Shown here: in pieces, positions 1 through 10,496 of the stretch
Layout of the letters: every line of letters starts with the position of its first letter
How positions within the stretch are numbered: position 1 is the stretch's first letter
Source: Chloroflexota bacterium
GTDB lineage: Bacteria > Chloroflexota > Dehalococcoidia > Lucifugimonadales > UBA3495
DNA: 64,000 nt
NCBI GenBank assembly: GCA_027623675.1
Contig: JAQBVF010000009.1
Location: forward strand, 32,001 to 96,000
Direction of reading: 5' to 3'
Notes under the pieces: generated by a model
What the model saw: the letters and a program-made list of their open reading frames with translations, nothing else
The model's database searches: none
What the model was told of the DNA's origin: nothing
Made by a program: the position numbers and the translations under genes

Positions 1-2
1 AC

Positions 3-407
3 TTTGAACTGGAACTGATCGGCGCACGGGCCGGCGAAACCATCAGGCTGTCCGACCTGCGCGGCAAGGTCGTGATGGTCGACTTCTGGGCTTCCTGGTG
101 CCAGCCCTGCCGCATCGAAGCCCCCATCCTGACCAAGGTGTACCAGGAGTACCAAGGACAACCGGTGGAGTTCATCGGAGTGGACATCTGGGACAGCCCG
201 GGCGATGCCGAGACCTTCATGCAGCAGGAGAGCACGCCGTATCCCAACGGGCACGATGCCACCGGCGCCATCGCCGTCAATTACGGTGTCCGTGGTATCC
301 CAGAGAAGTATTTCATCGCACCGGACGGTTCCCTGGTCAAGAAACTGTCGGGGCCATTGACTGAAACGGTCCTGCGGAACACGATTAACGAGATATTACA
401 GAGATAG
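3..407 (+). CDS. TlpA/ResA-like thiol-disulfide oxidoreductase (5' partial)
   Basis: Open from the window edge; LSDLRGKVVMVDFWASWCQPC and YGVRGIPE motifs. Confidence 0.9.
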   Translation, partial: FELELIGARAGETIRLSDLRGKVVMVDFWASWCQPCRIEAPILTKVYQEYQGQPVEFIGVDIWDSPGDAETFMQQESTPYPNGHDATGAIAVNYGVRGIPEKYFIAPDGSLVKKLSGPLTETVLRNTINEILQR

Positions 408-429
408 CGGGTTCCGGTAGGGGGATTTA

Positions 430-1431
430 ATGAGTACGCCACGGGTAGCCATAGCCATGGACTGGGGAGGGACCTGGACCAGGGTCGCAGTGATTAACCA
501 ACAGGGCGAGACCCTCTGGCAAACCAGGGAGCCCAACCCCCAGGGCAGCAGCAAGGAAGAATACCTGAGAAACGCCGAATCTCTGCTTGACACCGCCATT
601 CAACAGGCCGGCGGGTCCGTGGCCGGCATCGGCGCCGCCTTGGCCGGCCCCATTGAACCCACCACCGGCACTTTCTATCAACCGCCCAACCTGCCAGTGC
701 TGGACGGCGTTTCCTTCAAATCCCTGTGGGAGAAGCGGTTCTCACTGCCCGTTTGGGTGGGCAACGACGCCAACCTGGCCGCACTGGGCGAGTATCAATT
801 CGGGGCCGGGAAGGAGTCAGCCGACAACGGCCGCCCGGTGAAAACCCTTTTCTACGTGACCGTCAGCACCGGAGTCGGCGGCGGGCTGGTGGACAATGGC
901 TCGGTCTTCCTCGGGGCGAACGGCCTGACCGCTGAGGTCGGCCATACCCTGGTCGACTCATCCGATAGCGCCCTTTCCTGCAATTGCGGCTCCAAAGGCT
1001 GCCTCGAAGCCATGGCCTCCGGTACCGGCATCGAACGCATCGCCAGGGCAAAGCTGGCTTCCGGCGCTCACCCCGGCTCAACCCTTGCCGAACTGGACGA
1101 AGACCAGATCGACTCCGAGGCGGTCTTCGACGCCGCAGGTAATGGCGACGCCTTAGCCATCTCCATCCTAGACGGCGCGGTGGCCGCCCTGGCCATTGGC
1201 CTGACCAACATTGTCCACCTGTTCAACCCAGACATGATCGTGCTTGGCGGCGGTGTAACCGACGGCCTGGTGAAGCTGGACCTTCTATCAAAGATCCATC
1301 AGCAGATACTAGACCGCACCATGAGCGAACTGCATAAGGAGTTCCAATTCACCTCAGCCCGTTTGGGCGACTCGGTGGGTCTGGCCGGGGCCGCCGCTCT
1401 GGTCTGGGCGAAGTTGGAGCAGCAGAGCTAG
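430..1431 (+). CDS. ROK family sugar kinase (glucokinase-like)
   Basis: DWGGT, NDANLAALGE, GVGGG, EVGH and CNCGSKGCLE motifs. Confidence 0.9.
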   Translation: MSTPRVAIAMDWGGTWTRVAVINQQGETLWQTREPNPQGSSKEEYLRNAESLLDTAIQQAGGSVAGIGAALAGPIEPTTGTFYQPPNLPVLDGVSFKSLWEKRFSLPVWVGNDANLAALGEYQFGAGKESADNGRPVKTLFYVTVSTGVGGGLVDNGSVFLGANGLTAEVGHTLVDSSDSALSCNCGSKGCLEAMASGTGIERIARAKLASGAHPGSTLAELDEDQIDSEAVFDAAGNGDALAISILDGAVAALAIGLTNIVHLFNPDMIVLGGGVTDGLVKLDLLSKIHQQILDRTMSELHKEFQFTSARLGDSVGLAGAAALVWAKLEQQS

Positions 1432-1517
1432 CAGATCCCCGCCGCCCCATAGCCATCTGCCCGGTTTGTGCTACTCTAATCGCTAAATCTGCGATTCGCG
1501 CGCCTTGGGAGTGAGCC

Positions 1518-2195
1518 ATGTCTGAGGTCACCCGGCTTGAAGACGTCGTGGAGTTTGCCGAGAACCCGGAACCGCGGTGCCCCTGCGTGCTGCTCCTAGA
1601 TACCTCTGGCTCGATGCAGGGGGCGCCCATCGAGGCCCTGAACCGCGGCCTCCAAACTTTCAAAGACGACCTGATGCGCGACCCGGTGGCCCCCAAACGT
1701 GTTGAAGTTGCCCTGGTAACCTTCGACAACGACGTAACGGTGGTACAGGACTTTGTCACCGCCGACCGCTTCGAGGCCCCGAAACTGGATTGCCGGGGCA
1801 TGACTCACATGGCCGCCGGCATAAACACCGCTCTCGACATGGTCCAGGCGCGAAAAGACCGCTACAACCAGTCGGGAGTCCCCTATTACCGCCCCTGGGT
1901 TTTCATGATCACCGACGGCCGTCCCCAGGGGGAGATGCCCGACTTCGTCGACCTGGCCGCCCAGCGCATCCAGGAGGAAGAGGCCACGAAGCGGGTGGTG
2001 TTCTTTGGCGTCGGCGTGGAGGGCGCCGACATCCCGGTCCTATCCGAGATTGTGGTGCGCACTCCCATGCGGCTTCGCGGACTGAATTTCAACGAGCTCT
2101 TCGTCTGGTTGTCCCGCAGCATGCAGGCGGTGTCCGGCTCCAAAGTGGGCGACTCGGTGGCGCTGCAGCCCCCAGGGTGGGCGGCGGTCGATTGA
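1518..2195 (+). CDS. TerY/YegL-like vWA domain protein
   Basis: PCVLLLDTSGSM MIDAS, YYRPWVFMITDG, FxxLSxSM and C-terminal PPGW typical of TerY. Confidence 0.9.
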   Translation: MSEVTRLEDVVEFAENPEPRCPCVLLLDTSGSMQGAPIEALNRGLQTFKDDLMRDPVAPKRVEVALVTFDNDVTVVQDFVTADRFEAPKLDCRGMTHMAAGINTALDMVQARKDRYNQSGVPYYRPWVFMITDGRPQGEMPDFVDLAAQRIQEEEATKRVVFFGVGVEGADIPVLSEIVVRTPMRLRGLNFNELFVWLSRSMQAVSGSKVGDSVALQPPGWAAVD

Positions 2196-3022
2196 TCGCC
2201 AAGAGCCTTAGCTGGCTTAGAGACCGCCGGTCCGCCAGCCCCCGCTTTCCCGACGGCTTGGCCCCCTGGCGGGTGGTCGGAGCAAGCACTGCCGGCACCT
2301 CCCACCAAAAGTTGGGGCAGGCCTGTCAGGACGCCGCCGGTTGGGCGCTGGGTCCGGAGCGCAGCCTCATAGTTGCCGTGGCCGACGGCGCCGGGTCGGC
2401 ATCCCATGGCGGCGAGGGCGCCCGCTTGGCCGTGTCCACCGCGGTGAACTTTCTCTCCAACCGCCGGACCCTTGGCTCGCCAAACGCTCAGAAAGACGCG
2501 CTGGTCTCAGCGTTGGAGCGTGCCCGGTCTGCGCTGCAATCGGATGCCGGGCGCCGGGGAGTTACGGCCAGGGACATGGCGACCACGCTGATCCTGTTGC
2601 AGGCCACGCCCGATTCCGTGGCCGCCCTCCAGGTGGGCGACGGCGCGGCGGTGGTAAACGCCCGGCAGAACGGGCCAACGGGCGTCACCAGTCCGCAGAC
2701 CGGGGAATACATCAACGAGACCATGTTCATCACCGCGGCAGACGCCATGGATCACCACCAAACTGTCTGCCACGGATACGGCCTCACCGGCGGCGCGGTA
2801 TTCTCCGACGGCCTGCAGATGCTGGCCCTGAAGATGCCGGAGGGAACGCCCCATCCGCCATTCTTCGGTCCATTGCTACGGTTCGTTGCCGATGCCACCG
2901 ACGCCGGCCAGGCTGACGCTGCATTAAGGTCGTTCCTGGCCTCCCCGCGCGTGACCGGCCAGACCACTGACGACCTGACCCTGGTGCTGTTCGCTTTGGA
3001 CGCAAGTCCGGCTGGCGAATAG
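2192..3022 (+). CDS. PP2C-like Ser/Thr phosphatase (YegK-like)
   Basis: GTSH..CQD, VADGAGSA, QVGDG, GEYINET, SDGL and TTDDLTL motifs; TTG start overlaps the TerY stop (start inferred). Confidence 0.85.
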   Translation: MIAKSLSWLRDRRSASPRFPDGLAPWRVVGASTAGTSHQKLGQACQDAAGWALGPERSLIVAVADGAGSASHGGEGARLAVSTAVNFLSNRRTLGSPNAQKDALVSALERARSALQSDAGRRGVTARDMATTLILLQATPDSVAALQVGDGAAVVNARQNGPTGVTSPQTGEYINETMFITAADAMDHHQTVCHGYGLTGGAVFSDGLQMLALKMPEGTPHPPFFGPLLRFVADATDAGQADAALRSFLASPRVTGQTTDDLTLVLFALDASPAGE

Positions 3023-3037
3023 GCAAGGGCGGTTGAT

Positions 3038-4498
3038 TTGGCTTTTCAACTAAAGCGAGGGTCCACCGGCGAAGAGCTGGTTTTGCACGACGAAAACACC
3101 CTGGGAACCGGCGGCGAAGCAACCGTATATTCCCTGCCGAGCCACCCGTCGCTGGCGGCCAAGGTGTACCTAAAACCCAGCCCGGAACGCGCCGGCAAGC
3201 TGGTGGCGATGACCGCCCATCCCCCGGCTGAAACATCGCCTGCGGCCAACCCAGATATCGCTTGGCCCACGGACCTCCTCTGGACCACCGGCCGAAAGAG
3301 CCAGATCGCCGGATTCCTGATGCCCAGGGTTGAAGGTATGGCCCCCATCATAGACATCTATTCACCCCACACCCGGATCACCGCCCGCCCCTGGTTCGAT
3401 TACCAGCTCCTGCTCAAGACCTGCGTCAACCTGGCCGAGGCGGTTGAGACGGCGCACCGGGGCGGCTATGTGATCGGTGACCTGAACCACAGCAACGTCT
3501 TGGTGGCCGACGACGCACGCGTAACTTTGATCGACACGGACTCGTTTCAGGTGCGGGACCAAAGCGGGCAGGCGGTCTTCCTGTGTCCCGTTTACACGCC
3601 TGAATTCACGGCGCCGGAGCTGCACGCCCAGGGTCTGATCAAGACCGAACGCTCTTTGGCACAAGACAGTTTCGGCCTGGCAGTCCTAACGTTCTTGATG
3701 CTCATGGGCGGGGTGCACCCCTTCGCCGGCGTCCACCTGGGCAAGGGAGAGGTCCCGCCGCTGTTTTCGCGCATCGCATCCGGTGACTTCCCCTACTCCC
3801 GAAACCGCCGCCCGATGATTTCTCCCGCGCCGGTGGCTTTGCCTTTCGAGACCCTGGCTCCGCCCGTGCAAGACCTATTTCGCCGCTGCTTCGAGATCGG
3901 GCACGACGACCCCAGCCAGCGGCCCACACCCGTGGAATGGCGGGATACGCTGCTTTCGGCAGAGCAGGAATTGGCGGTCTGCGAAACCAATACACAGCAC
4001 CGATTCAGCCCGCACCAAACCGCCTGTCCCTGGTGTATCCGAACGGCTCGATTGGGCGGCCGGGACCCGTTCCCGTCCAGCGAGGCGGTGTTGAACGGCC
4101 TACACAAGCGGCCCATACCGGTCCGCCGCACCCTGCCCCACGACCGGGTGCCTGGATGGCGGGTCCAAGAACGTCAGATGCGCCGGGCGCGTGTCCGCAC
4201 GCCCGTCAACATCAAGACCTGGCAATGGGCCGCGTTGGTCAGCCTTCTGTGGGTGGTGCTGCCCGGCATGTGGGCGCTGTCCTCATTCGTAGTTTCGGGA
4301 CTGCTGGCTGCGACGGCATTGTTGGCGGCCATCTTCTACGGCATGACGGCGGCCATGGTCCCCGTCGCGGCCGGGATGGTCGGCTGGCGGAGCGTGGTGT
4401 CCGCCAGAAGGGGCGGCGGATGGATCGCCGCGTCAGTCTTGGGTCTGGCGGTCGGAAGCGGCCTGATCGGGCTGACATCGGTGCTGGCGTTTTACTGA
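3038..4498 (+). CDS. YegI-like Ser/Thr protein kinase with C-terminal transmembrane helices
   Basis: LGTGGEATVY, AAKVY, IGDLNHSNVLV, IDTDSFQ, FTAPE motifs; C..H..CPWC knuckle; hydrophobic C-terminus. Confidence 0.85.
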   Translation: MAFQLKRGSTGEELVLHDENTLGTGGEATVYSLPSHPSLAAKVYLKPSPERAGKLVAMTAHPPAETSPAANPDIAWPTDLLWTTGRKSQIAGFLMPRVEGMAPIIDIYSPHTRITARPWFDYQLLLKTCVNLAEAVETAHRGGYVIGDLNHSNVLVADDARVTLIDTDSFQVRDQSGQAVFLCPVYTPEFTAPELHAQGLIKTERSLAQDSFGLAVLTFLMLMGGVHPFAGVHLGKGEVPPLFSRIASGDFPYSRNRRPMISPAPVALPFETLAPPVQDLFRRCFEIGHDDPSQRPTPVEWRDTLLSAEQELAVCETNTQHRFSPHQTACPWCIRTARLGGRDPFPSSEAVLNGLHKRPIPVRRTLPHDRVPGWRVQERQMRRARVRTPVNIKTWQWAALVSLLWVVLPGMWALSSFVVSGLLAATALLAAIFYGMTAAMVPVAAGMVGWRSVVSARRGGGWIAASVLGLAVGSGLIGLTSVLAFY

Positions 4499-4567
4499 TT
4501 ATGCTTCTGGAATCTTCGGAAGCTAGCCTAGACTTTGCTCAGGCCTGTGTATTATCATCTGATTACA

Positions 4568-6793
4568 GTGGTTGCTAAAGATCAGGTAACTTCGAAAGGC
4601 ATCTCGACCCTTATCGAACGGGTCAGTACCTACCTGCCTGAAGACATCACCCGAGTGGTTGAGCAGGCTTATTGGTTTGCGGACGAGTGCCACGAAGGCC
4701 AGATGCGCCAGTCTGGCGAACCATACATCGCCCACCCCCTAGAAACCGCCCTCTTCCTCGCCGACCTCCGCCTGGATTACCACACCATCGTTGCGGCCCT
4801 GCTCCACGACGTGGTTGAAGACTGCGACTGTTCACTGGATGATATTACTGAACGGTTCGGGCCGGAGGTGTCCAAGCTGGTGGATGGGGTCACCAAGCTG
4901 ACCCGCATGGACGACAGGCTCCAACCCCCCGCCGAAGATGTGGCCGGCATGATTGACCATGCGGAGCATCTACACGCCGAGAGCCTGCGCAAGATGCTCG
5001 TCTCCATGGCGGAAGACATCCGGGTGGTGTTGATCAAGCTGGCCGACCGCCTGCACAACATGAAGACCCTGGACGCGCTGGCTCCGGAAAAGCGGAGACG
5101 AATCGCCCAGGAAACCTTGGATATTTACTCTCCCCTGGCCCACCGTTTGGGCATCTGGGAGATCAAGTGGCGGTTGGACGACTTGGCCTTCCGGCACCTG
5201 AACGAAGAGAAATACCATGAGATCTCCAAGATGCTGGCCTCCAAGCGCACCGAGCGTGAAGAGTACATCGAGAAGATATCCTCCACGTTGCTGAAAGAAC
5301 TGGCCAACTACGGGATCACCGCCGAGGTTACCGGCCGGCCCAAAGGCATCTACAGCATCTACCGCAAGATCCAGAAATACCAGCTCCAGGGCAAGGCCAT
5401 CGGAGACATCTATGACCTGTTCGCCCTGCGTGTCTTGGTAAACGAAACCGCCGATTGCTACCGGGCTTTGGGTGTGGTCCATCAACTGTGGCACCCCATC
5501 CCAGGGCAGTTCGACGACTACATCGGCAATCCCAAAGAGAACATGTATCAGGCCCTGCACACCACCGTCATCTGCGAAGGCGGCACCCCGTTGGAAGTGC
5601 AGATCAAGACCTATGAGCTGCACCGGATCGCGGAGTACGGCGTCGCGGCCCACTGGTCCTATAAAGAAGGCGAATCCGGCGACCAGCGCTTCGAAGAGAA
5701 GATGACCTGGCTCCGCCAGCTGCTGGAATGGCAGCGGGAGGTGACTGGAACGGCCGAGTTCATCGAATCGGTCAAACAAGACATCTTCCACGACCAGGTT
5801 TTCGTCTACACCCCCAAGGGACGGATCGTTGAACTTGCTTCCGGCTCCACACCGGTGGACTTCGCCTACAAGATTCACACCGAGTTGGGTCACCGCTGTA
5901 TCGGCGCCAAGGTAAACGGCAAGCTTGTCTCCCTGGACACTTCCTTAGAGAACGGAGACACCGTAGAGATCATCGCCTCCAAGACCGAACGCGGTCCCAG
6001 CTTGGACTGGCTCAACCCCAACCGTGGTTACGTCCGCTCGGCCGGTGGCCGGCAGAACGTGCGCGCCTGGTTCCGCAAGCAGGAACGCAGCGCCAACATC
6101 CAGCGTGGAAAAGAAGTCATGCGGCGTGAGCTGCGGCGGCTGAACCAGAAGGTGGATGACGATGACATCGTCGCCCTGTTCAAGGTCGATTCCATGGACG
6201 ACCTGTTGGCCAACCTGGGTTCCGGCAACATCGCCGAGAGTTTGCTGTCGCACCGGCTGGCCGAGATCGGTCACGAGACCGCGGAACCGCTGTCCCAGCG
6301 GCGCAACGACCTGCCCCTGTCCAGTCCCAGCTCCGGCATCACCGTTCTCGGGGTTGGCGACCTGCTTATACGCATGGGCCGTTGCTGCAACCCCATTCCC
6401 GGCGACGAGATCATCGGCTTCATCACCCGCGCCCGCGGCGTGACCGTCCACAAGAAGGACTGCCCAAGCCTCCGCAATGAGGACGAGCCGGAGCGCTTGG
6501 TTGACGTTCAATGGGGCCGCGAACAACAACTCTATCCCGTTCGGGTCACCATGAAAGCCTACGACCGGGTTGGGCTGCTCCGCGACCTGACCGCCCTGGT
6601 CTCCAGCGAAGGCGTGAACATCGCCTCCGTGGTCACCGAAGAGTGGGCCGACGGCACGGTAACCATGGCCCTCACCTGCCACACCACCGGCCTGGACCAG
6701 CTCAACAAGCTGTTCTCCAAGCTGGAGGGCGTGCGTGGCTGCATCTCGGTAACCCGAGACCGTTCCAGCATGCCTGCCCCGTCCCGCAGCTAG
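4568..6793 (+). CDS. relA: Bifunctional (p)ppGpp synthetase/hydrolase RelA/SpoT
   Basis: HD domain (LLHDVVED), KLADRLHNM, synthetase domain, TGS (TPVDFAYKIHT), CCNPIPGD and ACT domain; start uncertain. Confidence 0.95.
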   Translation: MVAKDQVTSKGISTLIERVSTYLPEDITRVVEQAYWFADECHEGQMRQSGEPYIAHPLETALFLADLRLDYHTIVAALLHDVVEDCDCSLDDITERFGPEVSKLVDGVTKLTRMDDRLQPPAEDVAGMIDHAEHLHAESLRKMLVSMAEDIRVVLIKLADRLHNMKTLDALAPEKRRRIAQETLDIYSPLAHRLGIWEIKWRLDDLAFRHLNEEKYHEISKMLASKRTEREEYIEKISSTLLKELANYGITAEVTGRPKGIYSIYRKIQKYQLQGKAIGDIYDLFALRVLVNETADCYRALGVVHQLWHPIPGQFDDYIGNPKENMYQALHTTVICEGGTPLEVQIKTYELHRIAEYGVAAHWSYKEGESGDQRFEEKMTWLRQLLEWQREVTGTAEFIESVKQDIFHDQVFVYTPKGRIVELASGSTPVDFAYKIHTELGHRCIGAKVNGKLVSLDTSLENGDTVEIIASKTERGPSLDWLNPNRGYVRSAGGRQNVRAWFRKQERSANIQRGKEVMRRELRRLNQKVDDDDIVALFKVDSMDDLLANLGSGNIAESLLSHRLAEIGHETAEPLSQRRNDLPLSSPSSGITVLGVGDLLIRMGRCCNPIPGDEIIGFITRARGVTVHKKDCPSLRNEDEPERLVDVQWGREQQLYPVRVTMKAYDRVGLLRDLTALVSSEGVNIASVVTEEWADGTVTMALTCHTTGLDQLNKLFSKLEGVRGCISVTRDRSSMPAPSRS

Positions 6794-6951
6794 TCCCACC
6801 GCTCCAATGCCGCTTCCAGCAGACCTCCCGCTCCTTTGACCGGCGCGCCCCCCGGCATTATGTCTCACTGGATATGTATTGGGTATGTATAATGCGCCTC
6901 TGAGACATTGATAAGACATCAACTCGAAACGATCCACTTGGAGGTAGCGTT

Positions 6952-7341
6952 ATGCCAGACAGAAAACCTGTGGTCCCAGCCGGGAGCACCCCCAACCCCG
7001 CCCTGTCCGCCGGAGTAGTGGTCGGCGATCTGCTCTTCGTCTCGGGCCACGTGGCCATAGACGGCAGCGGCAAAGTGGTCGGCGTGGGCGACGCCGAGGC
7101 CCAGACCCGTCAGGTGATGGACAACATCAAGGGAGTGGTATCCGCCGCCGGAGGCAAGATGGAGGATGTGGCCAAGATAACCTGCTTCCTGACCGACATC
7201 GCCAACTACGGCGCCTACAGCAAGGTCCGGGCCGAGACCTGGCCCAAGGACCCGCCCGCCAGCTCCACGGTGGTGGTCGCCGGGCTCGTCCGCCCGGAAC
7301 TGCTGGTCGAAGTAGAGGCGATCGTCCGCCTGCCTGATTAA
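6952..7341 (+). CDS. RidA/YjgF family protein
   Basis: LFVSGHV, VAKITCFLTD, PASS, LVEVEA motifs. Confidence 0.9.
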   Translation: MPDRKPVVPAGSTPNPALSAGVVVGDLLFVSGHVAIDGSGKVVGVGDAEAQTRQVMDNIKGVVSAAGGKMEDVAKITCFLTDIANYGAYSKVRAETWPKDPPASSTVVVAGLVRPELLVEVEAIVRLPD

Positions 7342-7358
7342 CCAGACCCGGCTCTAGG

Positions 7359-7400
7359 AAAGGTCCGTCCAGATCTTGATTCTGGACGGACCTTTTTGTT
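7359..7400. terminator. Intrinsic terminator between convergent genes
   Basis: AAAGGTCCGTCCAGA-loop-TCTGGACGGACCTTTTT. Confidence 0.8.
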
Positions 7401-7425
7401 TTCTAACGACAGCGGCCTGCCATTA

Positions 7426-8913
7426 TCAGCCGGACCGCGCTCCCTTTGCCTGGTCCGGAAGCCAGGTCGCCAGTTCTGGGAAGGCAATCACCAAGCCAAT
7501 GACAACCATCATGCATAGCATAAATGGCATGACGCCCACGAAGACGTCGTTAATCGTGCCCGTCTTTGCCAGCACCCCTTCATAGAGCGACAACTCCCGG
7601 TCGGTGTCCTGCCGCGCCCCGTGGAGCACGTAGAGAGCCATGCCCTGGGGAGGGCTGATCTGGGCGGCCTCAAGCAGGATGACCATGATTATCCCGAACC
7701 ACAGCTTGTCCACCCCGGCCTCGTTCAACACCGGAATCAGGATCGGCAGCGTGGTCAGCATCATGGAGTAACTCTCCATGAACGTCCCCAACACCAGGTA
7801 GAACACCACCAAGACCAACACCAACTGCACCTGGTTCAGGTCGAACTGGGCCACCCATTCAGGCATGTCCACCGATATCCTCACCGCGGCAAAGGCGAAC
7901 TGCAATGTGAACGCCGCCATCAGGATCAACGCGATCATGGCGGAGGTCCGGACGGTCGAGATGGTGGCCTCCCGCAGGATGCGCAGCATCTCCCCCAGGT
8001 TCTGGCGGACCTGACCGGGGTAGACCGGTCTGGAAGCCCGGATCTCGGCCAGCCACATCATCACCGGCCTCGGGAGGAACGGCAAGCTCAACAACCAACC
8101 GGCGGCCAGGCTCACGAACAACATGCTCGAATTCCCAGCGAAGGCCAACAGGAACGCTCCGGTCACTCCGGTCGCCGCCGCCTCGGTGGGCGTGGCAATG
8201 CCAAAGTAGATGCTGCCCAACACTGCGAAGACCAGAAAGCCGATGGGGAGGAGGCTGAACAGACCCACGAACCGCAACCGCCAGGAAGATGGTGATTCCC
8301 TGGGCGCGATGCCCGGCCAGATCTTGGCGGATATGCCGATCATGATCATGTATGAAACGGCCAATATAGCCCCGGGAACGAACCCGGCAAGGAAGAGCCG
8401 TCCCACCGATTCGCCGACCATCAACCCGTACAGCACCAGTCCGATGCTGGGCGGGATCAGGATGCCCAAGGTGCCGCCGGCGGCGAGAGAGCCAATCACC
8501 AAACGCTCGTTGTAGCCCCGCTGGCGGAAGGCGGGAAGGGCCACCCGGCTGATGGTGGCGGCGGTGGCCACGCTGGAACCCGCACAGGCGGCGAACACGG
8601 CACAAGATGCGATATTGCTATGGATCAGCCCGCCGGGGATGAACGTCAACCACCGGGACAGGACAACGTACATCCGCTCGGCGATGCCGCTGCGGAGGAC
8701 CAATTCCCCCATTAGGATGAACAGCGGGATGGCGATCAGGACGAAGTTGGTGCTGCCTTCCCACGCCCGATTGCCCATGATATTCCAGAGGTTGGGGTTT
8801 CCAAGGTTGAAGAACTTCATGATGAGCAGCGCCAGTGTTCCCAGCGCACCGGCGACATACAGGCCGCCCATGAAAAAGGCGCCCATCATAGTAAAAGCGG
8901 CCGCGATCGCCAT
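7426..8913 (-). CDS. TRAP transporter large permease (DctM family)
   Basis: AIPLFILMGE, GSSVAT, GGTLGILIPPS, GIATPTEAA, ISPP motifs. Confidence 0.9.
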   Translation of the reverse strand: MAIAAAFTMMGAFFMGGLYVAGALGTLALLIMKFFNLGNPNLWNIMGNRAWEGSTNFVLIAIPLFILMGELVLRSGIAERMYVVLSRWLTFIPGGLIHSNIASCAVFAACAGSSVATAATISRVALPAFRQRGYNERLVIGSLAAGGTLGILIPPSIGLVLYGLMVGESVGRLFLAGFVPGAILAVSYMIMIGISAKIWPGIAPRESPSSWRLRFVGLFSLLPIGFLVFAVLGSIYFGIATPTEAAATGVTGAFLLAFAGNSSMLFVSLAAGWLLSLPFLPRPVMMWLAEIRASRPVYPGQVRQNLGEMLRILREATISTVRTSAMIALILMAAFTLQFAFAAVRISVDMPEWVAQFDLNQVQLVLVLVVFYLVLGTFMESYSMMLTTLPILIPVLNEAGVDKLWFGIIMVILLEAAQISPPQGMALYVLHGARQDTDRELSLYEGVLAKTGTINDVFVGVMPFMLCMMVVIGLVIAFPELATWLPDQAKGARSG

Positions 8914-9160
8914 CGAAAGTTCGTCTCCGGACCTGCGGATTCGGTTGCTCTAACTGGGTATACCGGCTTCGGGTCAAGAGGTACGGGACTCGTTTATTAC
9001 GAGGGGAATGCCTGGCGAGTGCCCCACGGCGATCGCTGACAGGACCATACAGGAACGGTACGGATGGAGACAGCCGATTGTCAATGACATTTGTTGTCGG
9101 CGTGGGACCCGAAACTGCGCCTCATACCATCGGCGGAACGCCATTCGGCCGGGGAAAGGG

Positions 9161-10486
9161 TCAGTCGTCGGCCGGGGCCGGGGCAGGGGTGGTTGAAATG
9201 GTGTCTTCCCAGTTGGGAATCAGTATGCGGTTGGTCGGTTCCATCGACATGATGACTGTGGCCCCGGCCAAGCTGGTTAGGGTGGAGACCAGGATGGTCG
9301 CGGTGTAGGAGTCGAACAGCCAGAAGAGGGCGCCGCCCACCCAGGCGCCCATGGCCATGCCCGAGCCGGCGCCGAACTGTTGCCAGCCGAAGGATGAACC
9401 CATCGGCCCGCGGCCAAAATACTGGCGGTTTATCACAGGGAAGGCCGATCCCTCGCCGCCGTAGCCGATGCCGAAGATCACCGCGAACATGTAGAACTGC
9501 CAAGGCTCCTGCGCCCAAAAAAGCATCAATACCGGCAGCCCCTGCCACACAAAAGCGGTGGCCATGGTGCCCCGGGCGCCGATGTAATCGGAGATGACCG
9601 GAGTAAGGAATCTGGTGGTCACGCTAACCAGGGCCAAGGTGCTGAGGACTCCCGCGGCCGTCACCTGATTCACACCCGCCAGCACGGCGATGGGGATGAT
9701 GTATATGATGACGATCGCGTGGCTAACGCAACCCAGGAAATGGATCGACACCAGCTTCCAAAAGGTGTGCGTCGATTGCATACTGGTGCGGAACGCCTTG
9801 ACCCGTGCCCGCTCTCCCACCGGGTCCCGCTTCGTGATCAGGGGTTCCGAGTCAGGCGCGCCGAAAGCCCTGCCGCCGATGTCCGAAGGCTGGTTCCGGA
9901 AGAAGGCCATCAAGAGCACCATGATGATGCCGCCGACGACGGCGATGGACCAGAACGCCGATTTCCAGGAAGCTTCCGTAAGCAGAATGCTGACCACGAT
10001 GGCCATCACCGCCGGGCCAAGTCCGTGGGACGCCTGTAGGAAGCCCACCCCATAACCGAGGTGGGTGCGGAACCAATAGGAGGCGGTGGTGATGATCGGG
10101 ACGTTGAAACAGGCTTGGGCCACCCCCAAGAACAGTCCGTAGGATATCCAGAGGTGCCAAACTTCGGACACAACCCCGGTCATCGCCGCCCCGACGGCGA
10201 AGGTGAAAACGCCAACCATGATGACCTTGCGCGCGCCGTAACGGTCGGTGCAGATGCCACTGAGAGGCGCCAATAGCGCGCCGGTGATACTGGCCAAGGA
10301 GTAGGCCAAGGTGACGGTGGCCGGGCTCCAGCCCATATCATCCTGCAACGGTACGATGAGCACGCCGAACGCCTGCCGGATGGACCCGCCAGCCATGTGC
10401 ATGAAAGCCGCGATGGCGATGACGATCCAGGCGTAATGGATCCGGCTGGTCAGGCCGAACGCAGCTTTATTTGTGATTCGTAACAT
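9161..10486 (-). CDS. MFS transporter (OFA/MCT-like)
   Basis: HYAWIV start, DRYGAR motif, about 12 hydrophobic segments; start uncertain. Confidence 0.85.
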   Translation of the reverse strand: MLRITNKAAFGLTSRIHYAWIVIAIAAFMHMAGGSIRQAFGVLIVPLQDDMGWSPATVTLAYSLASITGALLAPLSGICTDRYGARKVIMVGVFTFAVGAAMTGVVSEVWHLWISYGLFLGVAQACFNVPIITTASYWFRTHLGYGVGFLQASHGLGPAVMAIVVSILLTEASWKSAFWSIAVVGGIIMVLLMAFFRNQPSDIGGRAFGAPDSEPLITKRDPVGERARVKAFRTSMQSTHTFWKLVSIHFLGCVSHAIVIIYIIPIAVLAGVNQVTAAGVLSTLALVSVTTRFLTPVISDYIGARGTMATAFVWQGLPVLMLFWAQEPWQFYMFAVIFGIGYGGEGSAFPVINRQYFGRGPMGSSFGWQQFGAGSGMAMGAWVGGALFWLFDSYTATILVSTLTSLAGATVIMSMEPTNRILIPNWEDTISTTPAPAPADD

Positions 10487-10496
10487 AAACAGGGCC

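Noticed and set aside
3..407. First TlpA-like gene as a selenoprotein
   Set aside because: Has an ordinary WCQPC motif with no TGA
1790..2191. N-terminal extension of the PP2C ORF in the track
   Set aside because: Overlaps TerY in another frame; phosphatase motifs begin only after about 2270
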